DNA of 64,000 bases, from NCBI GenBank assembly GCA_002633005.1, contig NMRA01000320.1:2720-66719 (forward strand), given 5' to 3'. The notes beneath the pieces were generated by a model, which did not search any database, was not told the DNA's origin, and saw only the letters and a program-made list of their open reading frames with translations. Source of the DNA: Phoronis australis (lineage: Eukaryota; Animalia; Phoronida). Positions 33,453 through 46,400 of this stretch are shown one piece after another. Position 1 is the stretch's first letter. Each line of letters starts with the position of its first letter. The position numbers and the translations under genes were made by a program.

Positions 33453-35021
33453 TAACACAAAAAGTGTTGCAACATATACGGTTTGGAGAGATGTTGTCAA
33501 CAGACCTTCCATTGTTTGGTACTGGTGGTCTCCAGGGGTCTGTCTCATGACAAGCGACTTTGTCTAATACTCCACGCAACAATTTCCGAAAAACAATTAA
33601 ATCTAAATGCTAGAAAGTTCCCAGTTTAGATAATATACTAGGAAATTTGGGTATTGCACAAACTTTACTTCGTGATAGCGAAGTGGGAATGTAAGACAAA
33701 GTTTCTCATTTAAAGTGGACCTTGCATGCTAATTCCTTATCTGTGCGATTGCTTGGTCAAATTAGTTAGAAACTCAACATATAGGTACGATGTGAATATA
33801 CAGTAGATTGAAAATTGGCAAATGTTTTTAGAACGAGTTATGTGTTGAATATGACCTGCCGTAAATCACTCAATCATGTCAAGTATCATGACGTGGGGTT
33901 GGGGAGTAACACTGCATGATGCGGGTTATGTGAGCCACCTAGGTACGTTATTAGTTCAAAGGTCACCAATTTGCGGAATTTTGTTTAACATTTACAAGTT
34001 GTCAACGAATACAACTGCACTTTGTTTAGCATAGATAATGCTGAAATAGCATTGTCATTTAGTTCCTGCTATACATTTGCGTAGTTAGGAGCATGCGAAT
34101 ACATCTGTAACCCCAAGTCATTTTTCATGACTCAGGCCCCATTTAAGTGTCCGTTGGAGTCCAACCATTTTCTGAAACACTCAAAATCCTTGCGTATTTC
34201 TTTTAGGTACTGCACCACACACATGTAATTCTTGTGTTTTGTTTTTGTACTAATTTGCAGTCCCGCAATTCAGATAATGGTTGCTATTGTTTTTAGTTGC
34301 TCAGTCACTGCACCTCGTTTTTTCAGTGAATTCCATTTTTTCTCACAAACAAGCGTCCAATTGCAATTTGAAATGTTCAGATTAAAATGTTGGCCAAAAT
34401 TATACGAGACGGGCCCGCGTCACCTCGCCACCATTGCATTCGTCGAGACAACAAGGAAGCAGGCAGGGTAGTTGGTGTGCTCAGAGCATGCGGTAGACAT
34501 AGGACATTTCACTTGAGTTGGTTTATTCCTCATTCTGTTCATTCTTCCTCCCTTCTCTGCACGTGCCCTTCTTAGCTTGGGGCTGAGGTGTTTCGCTATT
34601 CACCCATCATCTTTTTGTTACTAGATTCGCCAATCGTATCTTACTAACTGATTGCGTTCTTCCTTGGCTACTGTTGTGTTTATGTGGTGATTCAAGATTT
34701 TCTTTCAGCTTTAGTGGCAGCAGTAGTTTGAATAAGCTTTTTATAGTCTTGCGTAAAAATGGTTTTGAAGTTTGCGTTGATTTTTATTATTCTTATTATT
34801 ACTGCATGCGTTTCAGTTAACTTGAAAGCGCTTTCTTAGGAATGCACTGTTTAATTTGTGTTTTGTTGGCTGTATTTTCAAGATTAGAATAGGTCGCACC
34901 AATTCTCCGAACTTTTTTGAAATTTTATTAAATAGCTTTTAAGATAAATCTTCGTCAATAGTTTGATCTTCAATGCTTTACTTAGCAGTTTCTTTTTGTT
35001 GTAATCTTTTATGTCTTTCAG

Positions 35022-35421
35022 GATGTGGAGACCCAGTCTGAGTTGTCTGAGCTAAGTAGTGTCATTTGCCAGGACTTCGGGTTGCAGGTGGACACCACGT
35101 TGACCTTAGTCCCTCGGACCACGGCTGATGGCACCACTCAAGCTAGTCCGCCTGGTGACAATGATGTCAGTGTACAAGTGGGCGGTGCCAAGATGTCCGA
35201 TACATTTGTCCAGGCACACGTGTCTCCTCGTCTCACGAAGAGCCGTTTGTTCAGACAGATTGTCCCACCCGTGCCCCCTCCCAGCAGGAAGGATGCCTGC
35301 GTCCAGAGTTTCGTATGCTGCAGGACCGCACCACCCAGGTGACTGATGATGCCTACTTCTTAGGCGACAGTTGGTTGTCTCACGAGAGGTCAAAGTTCAC
35401 CGCGTGACCCAGACCGAGTGG
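35022..35421 (+). pseudogene. Truncated, frameshifted duplicate of the 23430-24323 exon
   Basis: Near-identical to 23430-23832; 1-nt deletion near 35305; breaks off at ~35421 into sequence matching 28930 onward. Confidence 0.8.
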
Positions 35422-36167
35422 CTTGGTCAGTTACTTCACCAACGTTCAGATGAGTGTAGAGTTTTGTTCCGAGCTTACGAAATGAACGGAATAAAGACTT
35501 TTAGTAACGAAAAGTGTCGTTTGTTTAATCAATTTTGCATACCGGAAAATTTGCTCCCGAAGTACAGCCGCGCGTACTGTGTAGACAAAAAGTAAAAACG
35601 ACGGCTAAATCCGGGTCTTTAGTGAAAATGCGTTTATCGGAATTTCGGAATTTTGATGTGACTGAATGTTCCAACTGTCCCCAGTTAGTGTAGTTAGCTG
35701 GTTATTATGCTCTATCACGACGTTCTGCATGCCTCTAAAAACGGAACGTTTTGGCACTTATTTCATAAGCTTCGAAAACCCGAATAATTTGCCTTGACTC
35801 AGTGGCCGCTTTCCACCCTGACATGCGCCTAAAAGGCCGAGTAAGCTTTGGTATCAGTCTATATAGACGATAAGAGAGAAGTGTCTCATTAAACTAATGA
35901 GTATGAAAACCAATTAACGCAACTTTCAATTTAATCTCCAATTAAAACAAACTTTACGACTGCACATTCATTTTATTTTACCATCGTCGTACAATTTACA
36001 TTCAATATATGTACACGCAACAGAGTCTCAGAGACTTAATTGTTGCTAAGCATGTATGAAGGTGCAGCGTATTTTATACTACAATTAAAGCGTTAGAGTT
36101 AAAAGTGTTCAAAAGCGCTCAAACTGAGCTTATAATTAAGTCCGTCATGGAATGTGACATGAGCGTT

Positions 36168-37259
36168 CTAATCTTCACAGGCCTTGCAACACATCAAGTG
36201 CCGCCACCGTGAAGCGAAACTTTGCGCCTGTGGAGAGGAAGTGGTTGGCTCCTTGCCCATGTTACTGTTTCGTCTGAATCGCGATTTCAAACGCTTGAAA
36301 AGTCCCTCACGTTTCACGGTCTTCAGGTTATCCGTAAAATCATAGTCTTCTGAAACGGAAGAAACAACATCAAGGGGCACACGCGCGAATCGAGACTTCT
36401 TGACGTCTTCTGGATCAATGTCCTCGGTTGTGGGTGGATTGTTGCTACATTGCAATCTTGTGTTGCTTTTCTTGATTTCAGTGTCCACTGAATTATCTGC
36501 CGTAGCAAATAGCAAGTCACACTTGGTCAACGTTGCAACATTAGACGGTCTCTCAACTGCATAGCTTTGAGTGTCCTTTGTGAATGTCTTGGTGATCATA
36601 GAGGAAACTGTCGATTCAGTCGACTCAGTGAATTCAGACAGCCTAGCGTCTTCTAAGTGGTCACTCGGGTCTTTTTTCTTACTACCAGCATCATCAGCGA
36701 AGACAGCGACACCTGACGGTTGGATGACTTCCCGTACAACGTTGTCAACGTCAGCTGGTTTGTTTCTGCCATCCAATTTCACTACTTCTCCCCCTCCTGC
36801 ATTATAGCGACCAATCGATTCTTTCTCCCTCTCCATCTGCTCATGGACATTCTTCTTTCCCCTCTCTTTTTTCTCTTGGGAAATGTGGAACACTTCCTCC
36901 GAAGTGTTTCTTTTACATTTGCTTCTATGGCGGCGCGCTTTGTGGATGCCTGACGAGTTTCCGATTTCACACTCGAATTTGCACTCGGCGACCTGCCCGG
37001 CGATTGCCTTAGATTTGTGGACAACGTCCGCTACGCATCTGACACCAGATTCCATTAATCCAAAATCAATTTCTGCTTTCTCAACAGATTCATCTCCTAA
37101 CCACATTGTCGTGCTTGCAATTGCGATGTTTTTGTACGGGGATCTCCACATGACAGAGCTTACTTTCTCTGTTGTTCTCAGAATAATTTGCCAAACAAAG
37201 TCTATAAACCACGATATCGTGACTTTCACAAAGTCTGGAATGATTCGCAAGTGATCCAT
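36168..37259 (-). CDS. Intronless uncharacterised protein, 363 aa from ATG (copy 2)
   Basis: Duplicate of 29663-30754 with 9 amino-acid differences and no frame disruption. Confidence 0.7.
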   Translation of the reverse strand: MDHLRIIPDFVKVTISWFIDFVWQIILRTTEKVSSVMWRSPYKNIAIASTTMWLGDESVEKAEIDFGLMESGVRCVADVVHKSKAIAGQVAECKFECEIGNSSGIHKARRHRSKCKRNTSEEVFHISQEKKERGKKNVHEQMEREKESIGRYNAGGGEVVKLDGRNKPADVDNVVREVIQPSGVAVFADDAGSKKKDPSDHLEDARLSEFTESTESTVSSMITKTFTKDTQSYAVERPSNVATLTKCDLLFATADNSVDTEIKKSNTRLQCSNNPPTTEDIDPEDVKKSRFARVPLDVVSSVSEDYDFTDNLKTVKREGLFKRLKSRFRRNSNMGKEPTTSSPQAQSFASRWRHLMCCKACED

Positions 37260-40200
37260 TTTGAAAAATTTGTAAAGTGAATGCGTCACCTATAGTTCGA
37301 CGTCACCGACACGTCATTCAAATACCAACAAGGAATTGTTGAACTGTTATAACGACTCCCACACACCCAAAGCGCACAATTTCCGGGAATTACCGAAATT
37401 ATAGGCCCATTCAAAAGAAAGAACGCCTATTGGCGTACTTTCGTGAAAATTTCCAGAAGTACACCCATGCAAGTATTTTCAGTATCGTGTTTTGAAAATC
37501 TGATGGTTTGTTCTGAAATGTGCATGCCAAGTGTTTTGGATGTAAAGTTTTGTTTTGTTTTTGCGAGACATTAAATTTTGAGATGGAGATTTCACTCAAA
37601 CGATTATCATTTCACGAGATATTTGGTAACTTTGTTGGTAACTAACAGTATCAAGGACATTTTTAACGCACTGTGTTTGCTGAATATGATTTACTGAATT
37701 CTGGACCAATGGAATACTTGCCAGCCTGTGAGATACGTTAAAAGGACGTTTTTTTTTAAATCAGAGTATTTCGCCAGCAAATTTTCCATGATACAAGATG
37801 AAGTTTTCCAGCTCTCCTGAGTAGACTGCTGGTACGCAATAAACCATCCACCATAACTAGGTTAAGCAAGACTTAATTGCAAAACGCCACCATTTTGACA
37901 AGCAGCAATTTGTGTCGCAAAACACCCGTGTTGTACATAACACACGATAGCTAACGGCTGATTTTAACCCTCTCACAGATAAATGCGGGTCTAAACTTTT
38001 CGATGATTTCTCGCCTTGTCGATTAAGATTTTTTGAGTCTCGAGATCCAACGCACTGCTCTTTTCAACTTCCAGCAAGAGGAGAATCTACAATCTCAACA
38101 ATAGCGACACAAGACATTACAGTCGGCGTTTCCGCAGCAGGCGTTAATTGTTGGTTCATAATCGCATTTTTATTGCCGAATGGTTCTCTAAACGTGGCCC
38201 TAACTCCAACAAAGGCATGGTGTAAGGTGGCAAAGACGGAGGAATCTGGCACCACATAGTACGAAGTGCCGCAATAGTACCGAGACAATGCGGGGGCACA
38301 GAACTGCAAGTTTGTTATTGGTTAAGATCCTGCTTGGCCCATGAAGTAACACGGCGTAACGTACGTTTGACTTGAAGTAATAACAAGCTGTCTGTTATGT
38401 CGAAGCCATTAAGTCATCTCCAAGTTGACTGAAGCAACAATTTGTGGCTAATTTCATAACGTTAAGGGACGCGAGATGAGCTTTATTCCCTTCCACACAA
38501 ACATGTCAGGAATGCTTACTTTTTAAAAGTGTTTATTACGAAAAGTATGATGTACAATATTAATAATTAACACAGAAAGCACCAGAAGGCATGTCATTGA
38601 CACATTGTAAAGGTTCGTTGACGCACTGATTGCTCCGTTAGGGCGATTAAAATTGTAATTGGTCCTCTGCTGTTTATGCACTGCATTCAGATGGTAGCAC
38701 AAGGAGAATATAGACCAGTTGATCAAAACTGGTATCATTCACTATAATATCAGAAATTGGACAAAGCATAATGTGAAAATACAGACACCAATTGTGGGTT
38801 CATAGGTGTTCAGCTGACTGCACTTGAAGTGCAAATAGCCGTTTAGATCCATTATAAATCGCATAAAGTACTGAGATAGCAGACAAATTCCAATTAGTCC
38901 TGAAAATTCTGCGATTCTTTAAAAATGAAATCGAAAAAGGATGGAAAATGCTAATGTGACCTATAGGTCCTTCACAGATTTGAAGACACCGTTTCTAAAA
39001 TAATTTGCTTGAAATCTGATTAAGGCTGCATTTTGTTCTATTTAGCTGACTAAAAATGAAAATCCAGTTACGCTTTTTATTCTCATATTCCTAACTGTGA
39101 TAGGATTCTATTCCCCTTACCAACACCAACATCAAAACCATCAGCTTAACGCTCCACACTTTACTGGAGCTGGAAAATGCTAAAATTAAGAGTTCAAAAA
39201 TAGTGCTTGTACACATTGCCTGCGACTTGAGTTGGTCACGGACTTGGAATCCTATCACAGAAATAAATATTATGGGACATATTTCAAGAGAGTAAATGGC
39301 CTAATTTGATTCTCAATTTTTTATCTGACAGGGTAACATGCAGCTGCAACATTTCTCACTATGATCTTGAAGGTAAGACCAAGGTTGCCAAATTCATCTG
39401 ACACCTGGAGGTAAACTGCCTGCACCCTAGTACGAGCTATCAACAAAATCTAAAAGCTCATTTTACTAGTCAAAATTTCGTTTTGTTACAGTGACCTTGA
39501 AAATAATATCAAGGTCACCAAAATCAACTGGTGCTTCGTAGGTATTGCCTCACTTACACCTTGGTACATAATATGAACATTATGTGAAGCTTCGTTCTTG
39601 AGATATCAAGACAACAACATTTTCCTTACTCGCAAGTCAAAACTTAATTTTCTCACTGTGACCTTGAAAATGAGGCCAAGGTCACCAAAATCAACAGGAG
39701 CATGGAAATGCCCCACCTACATCACGTGAACAAAATCTAAACCTTCATTCTTGAGATATCGCCCCAACAACGATGAGCAATGTGTGGACCTGAATACTGT
39801 CTAATGCTTTGCGCTAACGAGCAGCAGGGTACAATTACCGAGTATAACTGATAACTGCTATTACACAATGTGTAGATTTCACCAAGAGGCAGATCCATTA
39901 CAAGGATGTTTATCGCAAAAATTCTTAATGTACCAAGTTTTCCAAAAAGAGCCCCCACAAACATAAATCCCCATGGGGCTCTTTCGAAAATAACGTTTGA
40001 AAAAGCCACCAAGGGGTCTCTTAGGACATGAATTTGAGTATTCTTCCAACTGGCCTACTATAAAACAAAAAATATTTAACCCGTCCAGGTTATGTTTTTT
40101 GATGTTGGACATTTCATGCACCAAGGATACATTATGAGGTGCACAAATCTTGTCCTGAAATTTATCAGCAGTGTACACAAAATGCAGATCTTAAAAACAG

Positions 40201-40403
40201 GGCTGAATTAGGATGCAAGTTTCCGAAAGAGCCCACCAATTTCTCTGAGAGACCCTCTGGGCTCTTTTAGAATGCACAGTAAGTTGGGTTAACTGAAAGT
40301 TTCCAAAATCCCCTGTAATAGGAATCTGTTCGTGGTTGCAATCACTTTGGCTCCAAGACTGCAGAACACAATTCAAATTGGGTGGTTATGGTGAACACGA
40401 TCA

Positions 40404-41891
40404 CTAAAAACTTGCGTGTTTTCTACTATGGACAACCAGATAAGCTTTCTGAGTAAATGACTTCCCACACACCTGACAACTGTATGGTCTCTCACCGGTG
40501 TGAGTTCTTTTGTGGATAACAAGGCCGCGCTGCGTAGCAAATGCCTTTCCACACTCACAGCAACTGTATGGTCTCTCGCCCGTATGTGTTCTTCTGTGAG
40601 CAACGAGATAACACTTCTGAGTAAACGACTTTTCACAATCCTCACAATTGTATGGCCTCTCACCTGTGTGATCCCTAGTGTGAACAATAAGACTACCTTG
40701 TGTTTGAAATGACTTTCCGCATTCACTGCAGCGGTATGGCCTCTCACCCGTGTGTGTTCTCCTGTGATCAACCAGATAACATTTTTGTGCGAAAGACTTT
40801 CCACACTGGGAACACTGGTATGGCCTCTTGGCAATGTGTGACCTGCTGTGGATGACAAGACTGCGTTGCGATTTAAATGACTTTCCGCATTCACTACAGC
40901 TGTATGGCCTCTCACCAGTGTGTGTTCTCCTATGATTAATTAGGTAACGCAATTGTAAAAATGACTTTCCACACTCAGAACACTTATATTTCCCCACACT
41001 GTCATGTGTTCTCCTATGAACAATGAGGTTCCCTTGTGTTTTAAATGACATTCTGCATTCGCTGCAGCTATATGGCCTCTCACCAGTGTGTATTCTCTCA
41101 TGATCGATCAGACAAGAATTTCGACTGAATGACTTTTCACAATATGAACAGCTGTATGGCTTCTCACCAGTGTGTTGCCTGGTGTGAAAAACAAGACTAC
41201 GACGTGCTTTAAATGACTTCATACATATACTACAACTATATGGCTTCTCACCAGTGTGCTTTGTCATGTGTTCCACCAGGTGACCTTTTTGAATGAAAAA
41301 CTTGCCACACTCCAAACATCTGTGTGACCTCTTCTTTTCATAGTGCATTTTGCTATGTTCAGAGAGATCCCATTTTCTCTTAAACGACTTTCCACATTCA
41401 AAACAGCTGAAGCGTCTTTCATCGGTGTGTGTTAACATGTGTTTTTCAAAACAAGCTAAGTCACCAAACACTTCACCGCAGTTACTACAGAGAAGCTGGA
41501 CTTGAGATTTCATGCAGGTCACTAGATACTGCCCACGCACATTAGCTTCTGGCAAATCGCCTACAAATCCCTTGGTAACAGGAGACACATTTCTCATGGA
41601 TGACCCATCACGTAAATCACTAACAGCATCACTGTCCAGAGTAATGTCATCATAACACTCCAGCTTAAACTCAGCAGGCTGAAACATATTCTGCACACTA
41701 CAACAGACTACTTCATGGTCAGGTCCTTCGTTAAGTTCCTGTTTGATTACTGGCTCTATATAGCTACCAATGTTGACGTTGCCGCTGGGACATCCAGAAA
41801 CAGCATTGCAACAAGCATCGTACTGTTTTTTGTGATAGGTCAAAGTTTCACAAGGTTCCTGTTTTATGTAAGGTACACCATAACTTTCCAT
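40404..41891 (-). CDS. C2H2 zinc-finger protein, 13 tandem fingers, 495 aa
   Basis: 13 CxxC-x12-HxxxH fingers, mostly with TGE[KR]PY linkers; N-terminal IKQE/FKLE SUMO-type motifs; splice acceptor 8 nt upstream of ATG implies a non-coding 5' exon. Confidence 0.93.
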   Translation of the reverse strand: MESYGVPYIKQEPCETLTYHKKQYDACCNAVSGCPSGNVNIGSYIEPVIKQELNEGPDHEVVCCSVQNMFQPAEFKLECYDDITLDSDAVSDLRDGSSMRNVSPVTKGFVGDLPEANVRGQYLVTCMKSQVQLLCSNCGEVFGDLACFEKHMLTHTDERRFSCFECGKSFKRKWDLSEHSKMHYEKKRSHRCLECGKFFIQKGHLVEHMTKHTGEKPYSCSICMKSFKARRSLVFHTRQHTGEKPYSCSYCEKSFSRNSCLIDHERIHTGERPYSCSECRMSFKTQGNLIVHRRTHDSVGKYKCSECGKSFLQLRYLINHRRTHTGERPYSCSECGKSFKSQRSLVIHSRSHIAKRPYQCSQCGKSFAQKCYLVDHRRTHTGERPYRCSECGKSFQTQGSLIVHTRDHTGERPYNCEDCEKSFTQKCYLVAHRRTHTGERPYSCCECGKAFATQRGLVIHKRTHTGERPYSCQVCGKSFTQKAYLVVHSRKHASF

Positions 41892-42734
41892 GGCTCAGCC
41901 TGAAAGTGGAAAAGACAACAGACAAAGATTAAGAGCACAGTGTACCTAAGTATAAGTCCTCTACACTTATCACTAAATAGTAAATGATAATTCAATATCT
42001 AGGCTCGTGCTAGCCGCTAGCTAGCGTCGATTTCTAAGTGGCAATGGTGATGGTAGAGCTAGGTCCATTCGGCAACTTGGCGAAGGCTTTTACAACTTGA
42101 CAATTAAAATTAATTTCGGGAAACCTACTCGCGTGTCAATTCACAGTCAGCTTGAATCAAGTCGCGCCGCAAATGACATTCTTACTTCGACTCAGAGCCC
42201 TAAAAATAAAAAGCGAATGTTCCATTTCATGTCCCTCACCCCCCCCCTGAAATCACTCTTTTACCGCAACGAAATGTTCAACCGTGTAGGGGGGAGGGGG
42301 GAAGGAGGGGTGCTACTTGTCGTCTGCAAGAAACAATGTCAGGACTATTTCTGAGGCGGCCGAAAGAAAGCACGGTAAAGCAAATGTCAATTTCTTACTT
42401 AATGAATTTTATGTTCACTACTCTACATGATTTAGCTTTATTTTGTTATGTTAATGTTTTTGGACCTAAATGTCTTACTCATCAAAATGACCGCGAGAGT
42501 GGCATATCCTCATCGTAACCCAGGGATAAGGGGAATCCCTACCCAATTTTTTCAGGTCAAAATCAATGAAATGCATAACTTGGGGATAGGGGCAACCACT
42601 GCCCGATTTTTTGGGTCAACATCAATGAAATGCCCATGTGGCCGACGTATCCACACTGTAACCCAGGGACAGGGGGTAACCTACCCATTTTTTAGGTCAA
42701 CATCATGCCCATGTGGGCGGCATACCCCTGCCGN

Positions 42735-42915
42735 GTCAAATCCATCTGAAAACGGGAGGATAGCGTCATCTCACTAATAGGTGCCTACATACCAAATTTC
42801 ATGAAGATCCGTTAAGGACTTGTGAAGATACAAAGGTAAGCGTAAAAAATTAAAATTGCCACTAGGGGGCACACCGGTAGTCGGATCCGTCCAAAAGTCG
42901 TCATCTTCCGTTGTT
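42735..42915 (-). mobile_element. Fragment of the same HINE-like family, reverse orientation
   Basis: Reverse complement of the internal unit (GCCACTAGGGGGCACACCGGTAGTCGGATC). Confidence 0.65.
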
Positions 42916-42932
42916 AAATCATATAAATATAC

Positions 42933-43427
42933 CAGGGCTTGGAATGACCAATGACAAAAAACGCGGAAACTTTTACGGCCCAAATCATGCCCGATAACCA
43001 GCCTTGAAACGGTCAATGTGAACATTTCCCCGACAAAAATCGGGAGGACTAAAAAAAAAAAATAAAAAAAAAAAACGTTACCACCATCAGTAGCATGCGT
43101 CTGCGTCCTTTTAGCTCGCCCGTCCACTCCCAAACCACACATTTTTGGCTGCAGAGCGGTAGTATTAGTCGCCGCCCTTAACAATAACACGAGACGCCAT
43201 TGACAATCCCACCAGGCTGTCCCAGATGCAATGTTCCTCCGAAACATAAAGAGCAACTTCCGCTTTTCGAGGTGAACGTCGTCTGCAACGCCGCGGTAAG
43301 AAAGGAATTTGCCGCGGAAATTTTATATCAAATCCGATTTTTTTACGCAGAAATATTATAAAATACGCGGACAGAACATTTGAAAAAAAGCGGAAATCTG
43401 CGTTTCCGCGGAAAATTCCAAGCCCTG
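42933..43427. mobile_element. hAT-like MITE (CAGGGCTTGGAAT TIR), copy A
   Basis: TIRs CAGGGCTTGGAAT / ATTCCAAGCCCTG; inverted near-identical copy at 51286-51784. Confidence 0.8.
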
Positions 43428-46400
43428 AGTACACCTACGTCGCTACGACCTTAATGACCTCTGTTGTTATTAGAAATATTATTAGTTGAAGAGGAGCTCA
43501 TAATAAAGATAAAATGATAGAAGAAATACTACACCTACGAGTAAAGAACGAAACAAATAAGCAAAACATTTACGGAACTTAGTCGAGTCGGCACAGGCAC
43601 CTTTATTTATTTCATGCAACTAGGCAAAGGTGCCTCCGGCCATTACATGATCAGTCAGTTAATCGCGGTGTTGCATAAGCCAAGGCTACGAGGTTCCTCT
43701 AAGGGTTGGTCTCTTTGTACTCCAGAACTGTATAAATAGCAGCGTAAACCTTAAAAAAATCATTCACTTCATTTAGACCTACCGAAAAAATACGCTCCTG
43801 TAAACCTGTTGGTGTGCAACGACAATATGGACTTTAACAAAAATTTGTTACCTCGCAATATCTCAGCTTTGCATCGTGACTGCAGTTGTAATATTTAAGT
43901 CCGTAGGTCAATATGCTATTACAGTACAATTAAATGAAGTAACTTTTTAACACATATTTTATACGAAACCACTGCGAAACATCAAACGTGTAGAAAAATA
44001 TTTGCGATGATGACCATTTTACAATCAACAGGTGGCGCTTTCAATTATTCGTTGTCAACCCATGTATATCATTTTCCGAAATGCTGGTTAGATTTGCAAA
44101 GAGGTTGATGTAATTTGGGAGTTTCATAGTGGCGCAAGCAGTAAGTAAAATAATGCGTGTCACATTACACACTATGCACACCCCTTTTTTGAATGAAGAC
44201 ACACCCTGCGGCCTGCAATTATTACTATCTGTATGAAAACGTCTATAAACATTGAAGTATGAACTTATGAAGACTGTCAGACCCAGTGTCGTACCAGGCT
44301 GCAAAGCGAAAGGACAGCAATGATGCTGTGCAGGAACTTGAAATCTTGCTTAATCTCAATGTCCGAACTTGGAATACACGAGGACACTTGACAAGTTCAC
44401 TCAAATAATCACATTCCCATTACAAATTCTCATTTCACTGACTAAACCCAATTACATATAATTTTAACCAACTAACTATTGGCAATCTTATTCATTCTTA
44501 TTGATTCTTATTCACCAAACAGCAATTGATTTAACCATTCACATGTTCCTCCGATTCTGTGACACAAGTTGCGGTAAAGAAGAAAATAGGTGACCGTGAA
44601 GCCAATAATTACAGATTCTTTACTGAGCAAAATTTTTCACCTGATTGCCTTAATCATATTCAATTCTAAGTTCATACATAAACGATCTTGAGATTAAACA
44701 GGATTCCAAGTTCAAGCACAGCAAAGCTACCGACCGGGAGGAGGTTTCTTTCTTCCCGTGTAAGATTTTTTGGTTTTATAGTAGCTGATTTTGTTTTCCT
44801 GGCAACATTTTTTAAAATTTTTATTTTTGATCCTGTCCCAAGAGAACCCCCTGCCCCCCCCCTCTGTTCACCAGCTTCTGTTGATTAATAAGGAACAAAT
44901 GTGGCCACATGATTATAGAAGTAGGTAAATTTTATTAACTTAAAAAATTTGAATAGCATCATTGAATTGAGGTGAAACATAACAAGAAAAAATTCTTTTA
45001 TTAAACCTATGAAGGCACTGAAGAGGCAGTTTATGAAACTGTTAAATATGAAAACTTTCTTCTGCCTTCTTATGTGCAATGCCATAAGTGAAATGAATTT
45101 GCAACAGTTGATGGGTGCCATCACTGGATTTGTAACATACTTGCTGTTATTTTGCAGGAAGGTCTGAACTTCCAATTTGTTAGTTGCCATGGCTTGTTAT
45201 GTGATTCATCACCGCTTGTTAATAGCATGTCTGGTCACAGATTTGTTGCTCTGCTCCCATTATCTTTTAAACTGTGATAAGAGGTCATAACTTGGTGGAG
45301 AATGTGAATAGATTTTAACGATTGAAACATAATTCTAGCATTTTTCATCAAAATTTTCAGTTGGAAATACCACAATAAAAAATGTTTTCCACAGGAATGT
45401 AATACCACGCGGTGCTTGTCAGTGCTTTGTAATCAGTGTCCATTGCTAATAGCCATCCCTCTAAGGCGCTAAGGGTACTCCAACTTGAGGGTGGTCAAAT
45501 TCAGAGGCTGGGCAAAATTGTTATTGCTGTTCAAGTGTAGAGCATTTTAATCAACATCATTTTCTTGCATCAATCTCTGGCTTTTATAGCACATGCCATT
45601 TGCTAATGTTTTGCGGATATCTTGCGGGAGATGAAGACTACTACGACAAAGCAAAATTTGCTCTGAAATCTGGTTTGCTGGTGGTCAAGTACGAAGGACT
45701 TCGAAATGAAACCAATTCTCATAATTTGTGTTGTGAATTGTACGCAAACTTATGAAGAACAGTTGTGAGAAAATTTGCAAAAAAACATTGTCTCTCTAAT
45801 TCATGGTGCTCAAACATCACACATATTATTACTCTACAAATTTAGCTTCAAAATAATGTTACAATGGCTCATAGCCCATTTGCTTTGCTCAAGGAAGAGT
45901 TTGGTTCTTAGTTACTTTAAGTTTATGTCACATTTTATTTCCCAAGTTTTTCACTGAGTGGTTCCAAAGCTGTGTGTTATGTTTTATACCAACGCTAGTC
46001 TTGTATGCACCCACAAAGACATCATCGCTTTTAAAAATGTCATAGTAACTCTAGAATTTAAGTCATGTACATGGTGTATGCAGACAGATTTACCATCTTA
46101 ACAATGGCAGGCTGGCCAGGTCTTCTTGCTATAGTCTTTGCATTCAATTTCTATTAGCATTAAAGTCTTGAAGGTTGTGATCACCATGCCCTTCTGCTCA
46201 CAAGGTCACTCAAGCAGAAAGCTAAATGTTTTGGTTTACAGTACAACTGATTCACTTAAATTAGTATCTTGTCAATGTAAAGGGAACAGCGTGCTATGTG
46301 AAACCATTGAGCAGCAACTGAATAGACAGTTGTTTAAGAAAAGTTACAGAAAATGAACGAAAGAATAGACATTATGAAATATTGAAATATGTATATGAAT

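Larger units (their letters stand above)
28930..38920. repeat. Mosaic segmental duplication
   Basis: 28930-30983 = 35422-37488; 30984-32094 = 22556-23355; 32096-32356 = 38663-38923; 32357-35421 = 21462-23832. Confidence 0.85.

Noticed and set aside
40373-40915. 180-aa alternative-frame ORF overlapping the zinc-finger gene
   Set aside because: Shadow frame of repetitive zinc-finger codons.
42774-43434. ORFs of 89-160 aa also seen at 51335-51808
   Set aside because: Lie within a non-coding MITE; no transposase motifs.
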